This document shows, one piece after another, positions 31,889 to 40,603 of a DNA stretch of 40,603 bases (the first letter of the stretch is position 1; the number at the start of each line of letters is the position of its first letter). The stretch spans positions 1 through 40,603 of the IMG/VR virus record IMGVR_UViG_3300049780_000003; one strand, 5' to 3'. The notes beneath the pieces were generated by a model. The model did not search any database. It was given only the letters and a program-made list of their open reading frames with translations, and had not been told where the DNA came from. A program made the translations under genes and the position numbers. The DNA is from a virus (lineage: Duplodnaviria; Caudoviricetes).

Positions 31889-32419
31889 CTAGGCGACGAT
31901 CTGCACGTCCTCCCAGGGAGGCTCGATGGCCACGACGGCCTGCGTGATGCTGTACTCGTCGAACTCCCCATCGCCGGTCTGGGTCTTGTTCTGCGGGCCG
32001 AGGCGGACGTGCCACACGTCGCAGTACTGACCGGCCGCGTAGGCGGTGTCCTGCGCATTCAGGCCGCGACGGATCAGCAGGTAGACCTCGGCACCCTCGA
32101 CCAGCGCGTTCCGGGCGTCGTTATCCTCCGTGGACAGCGCCGCCTGCGGGTCGTAGGTGTACTGGAGGTCGGTGACCTCGTAGGTGGTCTGGCCGAAGTT
32201 CTGGAGCACCGACGTGGTGCAGAGCCGGCGCGGAGCCTCGCCCTTGTTCGTGGTCGAGGTGCCCACGCCGCCCGAGTACAGGTAGCAGGACACGTTGACC
32301 GTCGCCACGTTGCCGATGTCGGTCGACAGGTCCGGGGCTTCCGGCGCTGCCATCGTGGGGATCACCAGGACTGAGGTGTTTCCGTACACCTGAGTCGCTT
32401 CAGGGAACACAACCGTCAT
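31889..32419 (-). CDS. Major tail protein
   Basis: VSCYL..RRLC..YTYDPQ..LVEGAEVYLLIRRG..CDVWHVRLG, correct syntenic position. Confidence 0.85.
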   Translation of the reverse strand: MTVVFPEATQVYGNTSVLVIPTMAAPEAPDLSTDIGNVATVNVSCYLYSGGVGTSTTNKGEAPRRLCTTSVLQNFGQTTYEVTDLQYTYDPQAALSTEDNDARNALVEGAEVYLLIRRGLNAQDTAYAAGQYCDVWHVRLGPQNKTQTGDGEFDEYSITQAVVAIEPPWEDVQIVA

Positions 32420-32424
32420 TTAGA

Positions 32425-32688
32425 TCAGGCCTCCTTGGCCGTGTCGTCGGCGGCCACGGCGGCTGCCTTCTCGGAGGCGGCGGTTGCCGCCTTCTTCTCG
32501 GCGGCCTTCTCGGCTACCGATGTCTTGGGCTTGCGCGGGCGACCGCCCTTGCGTGTGGAACGGCGGGGCCGTCCGTCTCCGCGGTAGGGCGACTCGTCGA
32601 GGATCGTCAGGTCCGCCTTCTCGGCGCGGACGCGGCCCACGTTCGTCTCGATGTTGCCGATGCGGACGCGCACCAGTTCGTCAGCCAT
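32425..32688 (-). CDS. Small Lys/Ala-rich protein
   Basis: AAGGAG RBS, between tail terminator and major tail genes. Confidence 0.65.
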   Translation of the reverse strand: MADELVRVRIGNIETNVGRVRAEKADLTILDESPYRGDGRPRRSTRKGGRPRKPKTSVAEKAAEKKAATAASEKAAAVAADDTAKEA

Positions 32689-32721
32689 CACGGCTCCTTT
32701 GCGGGGTGGTGAGGGGGTGGA

Positions 32722-33132
32722 TCAGTGGGCGTAGGTGTAGAGCGCGAGACCGGAGAAGCGGCCGTCGTCGGACTCGGGCGCCTGGTCGGTCTCGAACTGG
32801 ATCGGCGTCGTCGTCGAGCCGCTGATGGTCAGCCGCTCCTCGTTGAGCGCGGTCGCCACCTTGAACATCGCCCAGCGAACCTCGTCGATGGTGCGGCCGA
32901 CGGCGCGCGCGGAGATGCGCCAGCCGGTGAGCCCCGCTTGCGCGGTGAGGCGGCGGTTTCCGTTGAAACGACGCTGCACGGTGACCAGCACGTAGATGTT
33001 CGGCAGGATGCCGGCGTTGCCGTTGGTGCCAGGCACCTCGTCGTAGTCGTAGGCGTTGTTCGGGCCGAGCTGCGCCTTGATCGCCGCCTTCACCGCAGTC
33101 GCGTGCGCGCGGGAGTCGAGGACGACGCTCAC
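32722..33132 (-). CDS. Tail terminator protein
   Basis: Size and synteny, YDYDEVP..YVLV pattern. Confidence 0.65.
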   Translation of the reverse strand: MSVVLDSRAHATAVKAAIKAQLGPNNAYDYDEVPGTNGNAGILPNIYVLVTVQRRFNGNRRLTAQAGLTGWRISARAVGRTIDEVRWAMFKVATALNEERLTISGSTTTPIQFETDQAPESDDGRFSGLALYTYAH

Positions 33133-33524
33133 CAGAACATCCCGTCCACGGTGTCGCCGACGTCCTTCGCGAACTTCGGGCCGATGATGTCCACCGACCT
33201 CGCGAGGTCCAGGTGGGGTGGCTGGTTGCGCGAGCCGAGCTCGTAGCCGGTGGCCTGCGAGCCGCCGTGCTTCACGCCGTCGTCCTCCGGGCCGTACTCC
33301 CAGGAAAGCTGGCCGCGAGCCTCGGCCGAGAACGAGGCGTGGTACGGGACATCGATGTCGGTGCCCATCGTGTGCTGCTGGCTGGCGAAGGCGCGCGCGA
33401 TGCGGTTTCCCTCTTCGGCGTCGCGGCGGACCACCTGTGCGAGCTTGGGGCGTGCCGTGTTCGCGATGCGCGCGCAGTCAGCGGCCAGGTCGCCGATCGT
33501 GTGCTGGACGCGGATGGTCGCCAT
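33129..33524 (-). CDS. Neck/tail completion protein (HK97 gp10-like)
   Basis: ATG 33524. EYGP..GYELGSRNQPPH. Confidence 0.65.
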   Translation of the reverse strand: MATIRVQHTIGDLAADCARIANTARPKLAQVVRRDAEEGNRIARAFASQQHTMGTDIDVPYHASFSAEARGQLSWEYGPEDDGVKHGGSQATGYELGSRNQPPHLDLARSVDIIGPKFAKDVGDTVDGMFW

Positions 33525-33937
33525 CAGGCGTCCCACTCGCTCGGCCGCGCTACCTCGACCACGGGCACACGACGCGCGGTCATCTGGTCGCCCTTGACGG
33601 CCTCGACGATGCGCCACACCGTGTCGGCCCACTCGCCGGCGGTGACCTCGATCAGGTCGCCATCGGCCAGGTCGGTGGTGTCCGACGGCATGTCGCCGCG
33701 GGCGGTGGCTTCCTCGAACTCGACGCCGCCGATGGTGACGGTGCGCGAGCGACCGTGGATCAGACGGAAGGGGAGGTCGGTGTGAACGGCCTCCCACTCG
33801 GGGACTTCCTCGCCGGTCGTCTCGTTCTGGACCATCTGGCCCGTCTTGCGGCGGACGGTGCAGGTCGACTGCATCCGCGCCTCGGCCTCGGCGCGCAGGA
33901 ACGGCAGTTCGGCATCGATCGCTGACTGGAGAGTCAC
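33524..33937 (-). CDS. Head-to-tail stopper (DUF6093-like)
   Basis: AEARMQSTCTVRR..QMTARRVPV pattern and synteny. Confidence 0.7.
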   Translation of the reverse strand: MTLQSAIDAELPFLRAEAEARMQSTCTVRRKTGQMVQNETTGEEVPEWEAVHTDLPFRLIHGRSRTVTIGGVEFEEATARGDMPSDTTDLADGDLIEVTAGEWADTVWRIVEAVKGDQMTARRVPVVEVARPSEWDA

Positions 33938-34329
33938 GCCCACGAGTCCACTTCAAGCTCGTCCGGCTCGAAGTACGGCCGCGTGGAGAACGCGCCCGAT
34001 TCGGGGCCGAGTAGATCCCACCACTCGTCGGTGATGTCGTCCGCCGACACAGGGCTCTCGAACCGCCTGGTCACCCCACCGTCATCGACGTTGACGGTGA
34101 CACTCGACGCACCCTTGTGCTTCGCCCGCTCAACCTTCGCGGCGACTGCCTCGACCTCGACGTACTTAACCGTCGCTTGGTCGAGCTCGGCCACAGCCCC
34201 CAGCCGGTTCACGATGAACAACTCCACGCCGTTCAGCCACCAGGAGATCTGCGCCTGCTCGTCCGCCGTGAAGTCGGAGGTGGGGCGGCCGAGTGCTACG
34301 GCCACCTCTTGCCAGGTTGCGACAGCCAC
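33934..34329 (-). CDS. Head-to-tail adaptor
   Basis: ATWQEVAVALGR..V..VEVEAV..VDDG..ITDEWWDLL..GAFS. Confidence 0.75.
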   Translation of the reverse strand: MAVATWQEVAVALGRPTSDFTADEQAQISWWLNGVELFIVNRLGAVAELDQATVKYVEVEAVAAKVERAKHKGASSVTVNVDDGGVTRRFESPVSADDITDEWWDLLGPESGAFSTRPYFEPDELEVDSWA

Positions 34330-34343
34330 GACCGCCCCCTCCG

Positions 34344-34658
34344 CTACTTGCTGGACTTCTTGGCGGGTGCCTTCTTCGGCTCCGCCTTGGGCTCCGAGGT
34401 GGCCGCCTTGGTCGGCGTGCCGCCCTCGCGCTTGATCTGCTCGTCACGCGCCTTGACCAGCTCGGGATCGATGCTGATGTCCTCGCGCGAACCGGAGATG
34501 TCGACCCTGTTGGCCTCGGCCTCGCGGTCGCGGGTCTCCTCGAGCTCGGGGTCGATCGACACGGGCTCGCGCGTGACGTCCGGTGCGACACCAGGCGCCA
34601 GGTACTCGACCGTCTTGACCTCGCCCTCGGCCTTCGGGGCCTTCTTCCGAGTAGCCAT
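34344..34658 (-). CDS. Small charged protein with an internal duplication, after the capsid gene
   Basis: ATG 34658. REPVSIDPELEETRD / REDISIDPELVKARD, Lys-rich termini. Confidence 0.6.
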   Translation of the reverse strand: MATRKKAPKAEGEVKTVEYLAPGVAPDVTREPVSIDPELEETRDREAEANRVDISGSREDISIDPELVKARDEQIKREGGTPTKAATSEPKAEPKKAPAKKSSK

Positions 34659-34666
34659 CGTGTCGA

Positions 34667-35566
34667 CTACGCGGCGTTGATGTAGGTCACAAAGGCGTCT
34701 ACATCGTTGACGAGGAAGCCGTATTCGGCCTCGGCCCGGACCGCGAGCAGGTTGCGCTCCCACAGGGAGACGAGCGCGCCGTTGATGGTCACGCTGGTCT
34801 CGGTGGAGACGTCGTAGTTGATGCCGCCGACGGTGCCCCAGGCGACCTGCGACCAGTCGCCGCCGTAGCCGACGATGGTGCCGCTGGCGACGCCCTCGCC
34901 GATGAATGCCGGACGACCGAGGATCCGGCCGGCCTGCACGGTGGCCGCGGTCTCCACGGTGGGGGAGTCCACGAACAGCGGGCGGCCGGTGGTGTCGACC
35001 GCCGCGTTGAACAGCGGCTCGGCGGTGACGTCGAAGGCGAAGCCGGTGAGCCGCTTCCCGTCGTCGACCAGCGCCTTCAGACCGGCGTTGATGTCGGCGT
35101 ACACCGAGCCCGCAGCAGCGGCGCTCGTGCCGATCTCGATGTCGGTCTGCGTGGTCTGGTCGATGAAGGTGGTGAACGGCGTCGCGGTGCCATGCAGGGC
35201 CGCAGCGTCGAACGCGATCGCGAACGCCTCGGCGAGCTGCGGGCGGAGCAGGTCGACGTAGCCGCCCGGGTTGGCGCGGACGACCTCGGCGGAGACCACG
35301 GCGATCGCCGCGAGCTTCTTCGGAGTCATGGTCTTGAGCGCCATCGTGCCCTGCGTGGCCGGCTTGGTGCCCGCCTCAGCGACCCAGCCCGCGGTGGGCT
35401 TGGTCGACACGACCGGGATCTCGACGCCGTTGGCGCCGAGCGGTACGCGGCGTCCGAGCTGCTGGACCACGGAGGTCCGCATCGCCTGCTCGAAGATGGG
35501 GCCGGACTGGTCGGCGTTGAGGAACCCCGAGAAGCCCGACGTGGTGGTTGCGGCGGTGATCGCCAT
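34667..35566 (-). CDS. Major capsid protein (HK97 fold)
   Basis: AGWVAEAG.KP, PKKLAAIAVVS.E, AFDAAALHG, DTTGRPLF, GRILGRP, GDWSQ, SLWERNLLAVRAE. Confidence 0.95.
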   Translation of the reverse strand: MAITAATTTSGFSGFLNADQSGPIFEQAMRTSVVQQLGRRVPLGANGVEIPVVSTKPTAGWVAEAGTKPATQGTMALKTMTPKKLAAIAVVSAEVVRANPGGYVDLLRPQLAEAFAIAFDAAALHGTATPFTTFIDQTTQTDIEIGTSAAAAGSVYADINAGLKALVDDGKRLTGFAFDVTAEPLFNAAVDTTGRPLFVDSPTVETAATVQAGRILGRPAFIGEGVASGTIVGYGGDWSQVAWGTVGGINYDVSTETSVTINGALVSLWERNLLAVRAEAEYGFLVNDVDAFVTYINAA

Positions 35567-35585
35567 TGTGTCCTCCTAGGACGGG

Positions 35586-36134
35586 TCAGCGCGCGCCGAC
35601 GGCGCGAGCAAGTGCATCGGTGAGTGCGTCGGAGTTCAGCGCCGGCGCACTCTGGGCGGCCTGCGTCAGATCCGGCTTCGGTGCTGTCGATGTCGCCGCC
35701 GCGCGCTCGGACCACAAGGTCGCCTGCTGCCGCATCGTCGCCTCGTCGGGCGCCGTGAGGATCAGCTCGGCATTCTCGGTGATTCCGTGCTCGGCCGCGA
35801 TCCGGTACCGCATAGCCTCCAGGCCGGCCTTCGCGGCAGCCTCTTGGGCCTCCTGTGCGACCTTCTGAGCCTTCTCCAGGTCGGACAGGTTGGCAGCCTC
35901 GAGCTTGTCGAGTTTCGCCTTGAGCTCGGCGGCCTGACGCTCGGCGTTGGTGCGTGCCTCACGCTCGGCCTTGAGCGCCTTCTTGCCGCCCTCACCCAGC
36001 GACTCGTCGTCGGCGGCAGGCTCGCCCTGCTTGACCTCGACGGCCGTGGCCTCGATCGGCTTGTCGGCATCCTTGAGCATCTGTGCGGCCGCCTCGATCG
36101 GGTCACCGGTCGGGGCGTTCTTGGACTCGGACAT
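35586..36134 (-). CDS. Capsid scaffolding protein
   Basis: LGEGGKKALKAEREAR..LSDLEKA coiled coil, GGAGG RBS before ATG 36134. Confidence 0.85.
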   Translation of the reverse strand: MSESKNAPTGDPIEAAAQMLKDADKPIEATAVEVKQGEPAADDESLGEGGKKALKAEREARTNAERQAAELKAKLDKLEAANLSDLEKAQKVAQEAQEAAAKAGLEAMRYRIAAEHGITENAELILTAPDEATMRQQATLWSERAAATSTAPKPDLTQAAQSAPALNSDALTDALARAVGAR

Positions 36135-36188
36135 TGACAGTTCCTCCATCGCGGAGACAGCCCGTCGACCTCGCGTCGTCGGGAAGAT

Positions 36189-36956
36189 TCAGGGCCGGAG
36201 GTATCCGGCGGCGATCAGCCGCTCCACGGCGTCCTCGCGGGACGTTGCGGCGGCGTAGATGGCTTCAGGTGTGGGACGGCCTCGGCGGCCGAGCACGCGG
36301 CCCGCAGTGGACAGTCCGGCCTTTCGGAGGCGGACGTTCACCACTTGGCCGAAGTCGGCGCCGTCGCGGATGGCCTTCTGGTCGGCCTTGCTGATCCCTG
36401 TGACCAGACCGCGGCGCATCAGGTCGACCGGATCCTCGACCGCGGCGGGGTTGGCCACGGAGGTCGGGATCATCGTGCAGTCGCAGTTCGGGTGTCGCAG
36501 GAACCCGGTCGAGTAGCGGTACACGCGGCCGGCGAGGACCGCGCAACGCGAGCACGAGGGTGGCGAGAGGAATCGCACGTACCCGATCTGCGGTCGCACG
36601 GTGGCGGCGACCTGTTCGGCGGCTCGGCCCGCGTCCTGGACCAGCGACTCGACCAGCCGGTCGAACGCCATCGCGTCCGCGATCTCTTCGAGCATCGCCG
36701 TCATGGCCGTGACTTCGGTAGTGAACGCCGGAGAGTTCAGCAGCGCCTCGGCGGCTTCCTCGATGCCCTGCTCGGCCAGCATCCGGGTCGTGACCGGCAT
36801 CGCCTGGGCGGCTGCCGTGGCTTGATGGATGCCGATCACCTCAGCGACCGCCCCGGCGCCGCGAGGGCGAGCCTTCCGCGCCTCGCGTGCGGCGCGTTGG
36901 GCCAGCGCTGCGGACCAGAGGTAGTGCCTACGGGCCGACCGGGGCTGCTGCGGCAT
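36189..36956 (-). CDS. MuF-like minor head / capsid maturation protein
   Basis: GYVRFLSPPSCSRCAVLAGR..FLRHPNCDC, between portal and scaffold genes. Confidence 0.75.
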   Translation of the reverse strand: MPQQPRSARRHYLWSAALAQRAAREARKARPRGAGAVAEVIGIHQATAAAQAMPVTTRMLAEQGIEEAAEALLNSPAFTTEVTAMTAMLEEIADAMAFDRLVESLVQDAGRAAEQVAATVRPQIGYVRFLSPPSCSRCAVLAGRVYRYSTGFLRHPNCDCTMIPTSVANPAAVEDPVDLMRRGLVTGISKADQKAIRDGADFGQVVNVRLRKAGLSTAGRVLGRRGRPTPEAIYAAATSREDAVERLIAAGYLRP

Positions 36957-38292
36957 CCCGCTCCACCTCGGCAGCCAGCGCGCGGGTCAGCGGGTCCATC
37001 TGCTCGGCCTCGAAGTACGCGCGCTCCTTGGCCTTGCGCGCCTCGGACCAGCCGAGCTCGTCCCAGTAGCCCTCGCGGGACAGCACGCCGGCCGCGCGGC
37101 GCTTCGCCAGCGCATCCTCACGCTGCGAAACGGTCGGAGTGGCCGGGTCGAACCAGTCGACGCGTACCCGGTTGCCGGGAACCCAGTCGCCGGTAGCGAA
37201 CCGCAGCGCCAGCGCGCCCGCCCAGCCGAGCGTCGTGCCGACCTGCTCGTTCTGCGCCTCCACGCCGCGGACCAACTGCGCCTCGTCGGCGCGGATCGCG
37301 CCCTCGGTCGGCGGGTTGGCCGAGGTGATGCCGAAGTAGCGCGCCGGGAAGCCGGTGACGATGGACGCCTGCTTGCCGTAGACGTTCAGCGTGGTCTCGA
37401 AGTTCTTGAGGTCGGCGGCGTCGAGCTGCCCGACCTTGGAGTTCTCCTTAGCGAGCATGTGGATCGCGTCGAAGTACGCCTCGAACTGCGGGATCGGCTG
37501 GCCCGCCGCGTCTACGAAGTCGCCGCGGGAGACGCCGGTCATGTAGATCCGGGGGATGCCGTGCGCCTCCTGGGCGAACTGGAGGTTGGTCAGCGACCGT
37601 GCGCCAGAGTCGACCAGTGGGATTAGGTCGGTCATCTGCGACTCGCCGATCCACCCGCCGGACATGCGCCGGTTGAGGTGCATCACGACCGGGACCGCGC
37701 CGAGGTTGTGCTTATCGCGGTCGACCTCGAGCCACTTGCCGCCGTTCTCCTGCTTCTGCACCCAGATCGTCTGGTCAGGCAGGTACAGCGTGACGTGAGT
37801 TGGACCGGGATCGGTCTCGGTGGTGCCGTAGAACCGAGCTGCGGCCAGCATCTCCTCGCGGCGGACGTCGACCAGGGCGACCATCTCGCGCGGCGACTCC
37901 ACCCGCACCAGCGGCAGGTGTGGATCGCGCTCATTGGTACCCACCGACAGGAACGAGCGGCCGTAGATCATCCGGTCGCGGTTGAACATCGCGACGTGTG
38001 ACGACAGGTTGTTGGCATCCCAGATGGCCCGCAACTGCGGGTCTGCGGTCTCCTCGCCCGGGAGGATCAGCGAGCGGACCTGCTGGCGGTCGTTGATGGT
38101 GTCGACCTGGGTGCGGCACCAGTTCGTGATCACCAGGAACTGCCGCATGGCGGGCGGGATCGCCATGCCGAGTTGCTCGACCCGCTGCTGGCCCAGGTAG
38201 TACCGCAGCATCAGCTCGTCGTTGGCCGAGTTGTCGTCGCGTGCTCGCATGAGCCGGTCGATCAGGTCCACCTCGGAGGGTGTGAGCGCCAC
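36928..38292 (-). CDS. Portal protein (SPP1 gp6-like)
   Basis: RYYLGQQ..NWC..IWDANNL..HNLGAVPVV..GESQM, follows the terminase gene. Confidence 0.92.
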   Translation of the reverse strand: MALTPSEVDLIDRLMRARDDNSANDELMLRYYLGQQRVEQLGMAIPPAMRQFLVITNWCRTQVDTINDRQQVRSLILPGEETADPQLRAIWDANNLSSHVAMFNRDRMIYGRSFLSVGTNERDPHLPLVRVESPREMVALVDVRREEMLAAARFYGTTETDPGPTHVTLYLPDQTIWVQKQENGGKWLEVDRDKHNLGAVPVVMHLNRRMSGGWIGESQMTDLIPLVDSGARSLTNLQFAQEAHGIPRIYMTGVSRGDFVDAAGQPIPQFEAYFDAIHMLAKENSKVGQLDAADLKNFETTLNVYGKQASIVTGFPARYFGITSANPPTEGAIRADEAQLVRGVEAQNEQVGTTLGWAGALALRFATGDWVPGNRVRVDWFDPATPTVSQREDALAKRRAAGVLSREGYWDELGWSEARKAKERAYFEAEQMDPLTRALAAEVERDAAAAPVGP

Positions 38293-38309
38293 AATCCCTC
38301 CCTTTGGGG

Positions 38310-39902
38310 TCAGCGAGGCAGTCGGAAGTACGCCGGTCCGGTCTCCGCACCCCAGCCGGCCGCCAGGGCGTCGGCGCGAGCCTCAGTGGCGAGGGCGTCG
38401 CCGACAACGGAGTCGATCTTGCGAGATGAGTTCGGGTGCTCCTTGCGGACCAGGCGCAGTTGCCCACGGCGGGCGACGTAGACGTTGCCGTAGTGCTCGG
38501 CAGCGAGTTGGTCGTCGTCGTGCCAGATCTCGCCGACCATCAAGCCGGTATGGAGCCGGTCGAGTGCCGCGGCCATCGCGACGTGGCGGCTAGTGGGCCA
38601 CGGGACGACCTTCTCCTCGCCCAACTCGGCGGCGAGAGTGTCGATGTCGCTGCGCCATTCGTGCGGGTCGTAGTAGCCCCGCACCACGTCGTACAGTTCG
38701 TGCGCCTGCCGAATGGCGGCCAGCACCTCGAGCCGAGGAACCTCCCAGCCGATCCCGGCCGGTCCCTCAGGCTTCGCCCAGGCGCCGATGCGGAACAGGT
38801 AGCCGTCGCTCATCCGGCAGCCACGCAGGACCGTCGTGTCGTCGTTCAGCGAGCCGTCGAAGCCGAGCGTGATCGCCTCGCCCATCGCCACCACGTCGAC
38901 CTTGGTCTGCCGGTCGTGGACATCCTTGGGGATCCAGGCGTCCTGGCCGCTCATCGGGCGATTCAGGAAGTACCGGGCCGCGGTCTCCACGTCCGGACAG
39001 GACCGCGGGTCGCGCATCTCGCGGTACACGCGGTCGAGGTCCATCCACTCCGCTGCTGCGCCGTACACCTGCCGGAGCTGGCGCATCGTGTGCGCCTCGT
39101 CGGTCAGGTCGATCTTGCCCTTGGCTTCGCGGTGGTCGACGTAGACGCTGGGCGAGAGCTCGCCCTTGCGCCAGGCAGTCAGCGTTTCCTCGAAGATCGA
39201 CTGCTCACCGGGCCGGTAGGCAGTCGAGGTCTGCAACAGCCACGGTTCGGCGAGCTTCCGCTTGCCGAGGTTGCGGCGCACGGTGCCGTACATCGCTTTC
39301 AGTTCGCGGAGCACGTACAGGTGCGACTCGTCGGCGCAGACCCAGGTCTCCTTGCCGCCATCTTTCGACGCCGATCCGGCTGTGCAGGCGCGGATCTCGC
39401 CGCCATGGGGCAGGTAGAGCGCGGTCGCCGACTGGTACTGCCGGATGCCTGAGACCCCGGCGTAGATGTCGGGGTGAACGTCAGGCCCCCACTCGCCCGC
39501 AATGAAGGCGATGTTCTCGAACGTGTTGCCCGCCTGGCTCTCCTCGGTGGCGAGGCACTTGAGCAGCGGCGAGCGGACCGGGCGACCGACAGGCTGGCCG
39601 TCAGCGTCCCAGCCGTCGAACCGGCAGGGACCGAATGCCTCACCGATGCCGATGTGGCCGGCCGTCTCGGACTTTGCGCGCCCCTTGGCTCGCGACAGCA
39701 CGCCCTCGTCGTAGACGCGGCGCCCGGTCTCCGGGTCGATGCGGTAGACCTCGATCACGAAGTCGCGCATCTCGTCGTCGTAGTCCAGCGGTTCGCCCTG
39801 CACATCGCCAGGACCGTGACACTCGTACTCGTGGTACCAGTCGAGCATCTCGTAGCCGAGCGAGCAGATATGGCCCTCGAACAACGGGCCGGACCAGGGC
39901 AT
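38310..39902 (-). CDS. terL: Terminase large subunit
   Basis: SRAKGRAKS Walker A, CADESH Walker B, GFDGS..DTT nuclease motif, RKIDSVV. Confidence 0.95.
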   Translation of the reverse strand: MPWSGPLFEGHICSLGYEMLDWYHEYECHGPGDVQGEPLDYDDEMRDFVIEVYRIDPETGRRVYDEGVLSRAKGRAKSETAGHIGIGEAFGPCRFDGWDADGQPVGRPVRSPLLKCLATEESQAGNTFENIAFIAGEWGPDVHPDIYAGVSGIRQYQSATALYLPHGGEIRACTAGSASKDGGKETWVCADESHLYVLRELKAMYGTVRRNLGKRKLAEPWLLQTSTAYRPGEQSIFEETLTAWRKGELSPSVYVDHREAKGKIDLTDEAHTMRQLRQVYGAAAEWMDLDRVYREMRDPRSCPDVETAARYFLNRPMSGQDAWIPKDVHDRQTKVDVVAMGEAITLGFDGSLNDDTTVLRGCRMSDGYLFRIGAWAKPEGPAGIGWEVPRLEVLAAIRQAHELYDVVRGYYDPHEWRSDIDTLAAELGEEKVVPWPTSRHVAMAAALDRLHTGLMVGEIWHDDDQLAAEHYGNVYVARRGQLRLVRKEHPNSSRKIDSVVGDALATEARADALAAGWGAETGPAYFRLPR

Positions 39903-40303
39903 CAGCCCGACTTGGCAGCGCGAGCCCGGTCGAGGCTGGAGACCTTGCCGCCAGGCTTGTAGCTACCGCGCGCCCCACGGTGCTGCGGCTTCTTGCCGGT
40001 CACCGGATCAGGCAGACGGATCGCCGCGAGGAGCTGCTTCATCAGGTTCGCGGTCGCGTTCGCCTGAGTGAGCGCCTGAGTCATGCGGAGTTCGAACACC
40101 TCGCCGTCGGCGCGGATGTCGCGGACCAGGCGCATCCAAGTGTCAGAGTCGCCGCGCAACACCTCGTCGAGCTGGTCGCAGCGGTCCTTGGCGCGACAGG
40201 CTTCCTCGAGCTGGACCAGTTGGCCGGCGTCGAGGTCGTGCTCCCCGGTGATCGCGGACCAGAGCGCCAGCCCGCCGGAGCGGAGGCCATCAGGCGTGGT
40301 CAT
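39902..40303 (-). CDS. terS: Terminase small subunit
   Basis: PDGL..GLALW..LEEACRAKDRCDQL..LLAAIRLPD, immediately upstream of terL. Confidence 0.8.
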   Translation of the reverse strand: MTTPDGLRSGGLALWSAITGEHDLDAGQLVQLEEACRAKDRCDQLDEVLRGDSDTWMRLVRDIRADGEVFELRMTQALTQANATANLMKQLLAAIRLPDPVTGKKPQHRGARGSYKPGGKVSSLDRARAAKSG

Positions 40304-40512
40304 CGGGTCACCACGTCAGCCTCGAGCCGCATCGTCCGCGGCACCGCGAACAGGCTCGGCTCCGACGCGGCGATCGACACATCGCCGGTCACCTTCACGC
40401 CGTTCTTCGCAGCCGCCTCGTCGAGCTCGGCCATCAGCCGGCGCGCGGCGTTGCGCACGCCTTCGTGGTCGGTGAACTCGCCCTCGACGAACATGCGCTT
40501 GACCTGCGTCAT
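40300..40512 (-). CDS. Hypothetical protein (70 aa)
   Basis: GAGGAGG RBS before ATG 40512, overlaps the terS start. Confidence 0.6.
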   Translation of the reverse strand: MTQVKRMFVEGEFTDHEGVRNAARRLMAELDEAAAKNGVKVTGDVSIAASEPSLFAVPRTMRLEADVVTR

Positions 40513-40603
40513 GGCTTCCTCCTCGGCATCGCGCCGGGACGCACAGCATCGCGCTATGCGTCTGGTGGTGTAGCGGAGCAACTTTCAGGGGTCTGGACTG
40601 CGA

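Larger units (their letters stand above)
1..40603 (-). mobile_element. Temperate siphovirus (actinobacteriophage) genome, excised or virion form, near complete
   Basis: Canonical gene order terminase-portal-capsid-tail-lysis-attP-int-repressor/cro-replication-HNH. No host genes seen. attP has arm repeats on both sides of the core. Confidence 0.95.

Overview
The window looks like an essentially complete, GC-rich, ~40.6-kb temperate siphovirus genome of an actinobacterial host. The host genus cannot be fixed from sequence alone. The genome is written in reverse orientation and opened between the packaging HNH gene (left edge) and the small terminase region (right edge), where a cos site is expected. 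Read on the minus strand from the right end, the order is: terminases, portal, MuF-like protein, scaffold, HK97-type capsid, head-tail genes, major tail, frameshifted tail chaperones, tape measure, tail tip and fibre, and an unusually large lysis region. Next come a plus-strand moron cluster, an intact attP (3' half of tRNA-Thr(CGT) with TGTAGCCAT arm repeats on both sides, so this is the excised form) and a tyrosine integrase. A repressor/Cro switch follows, then a long early operon (Xis, two DNA methyltransferases, two HNH nucleases, exonuclease plus ERF, replication initiator with internal iterons, helicase loader, many Cys-rich micro-ORFs). The left end carries a collagen-like fibre module. 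Most notable: (1) the lysis region places a tRNA-like RNA element, a C2H2-like micropeptide and a divergent EEP-fold enzyme around the endolysin, and its holin carries a prepilin-like C-terminal tail; (2) several intergenic regions fold into back-to-back RNA hairpins; (3) two leaderless ribbon-helix-helix regulators sit beside candidate operators. Functional calls come from motif recognition and synteny only; no database searches were run.
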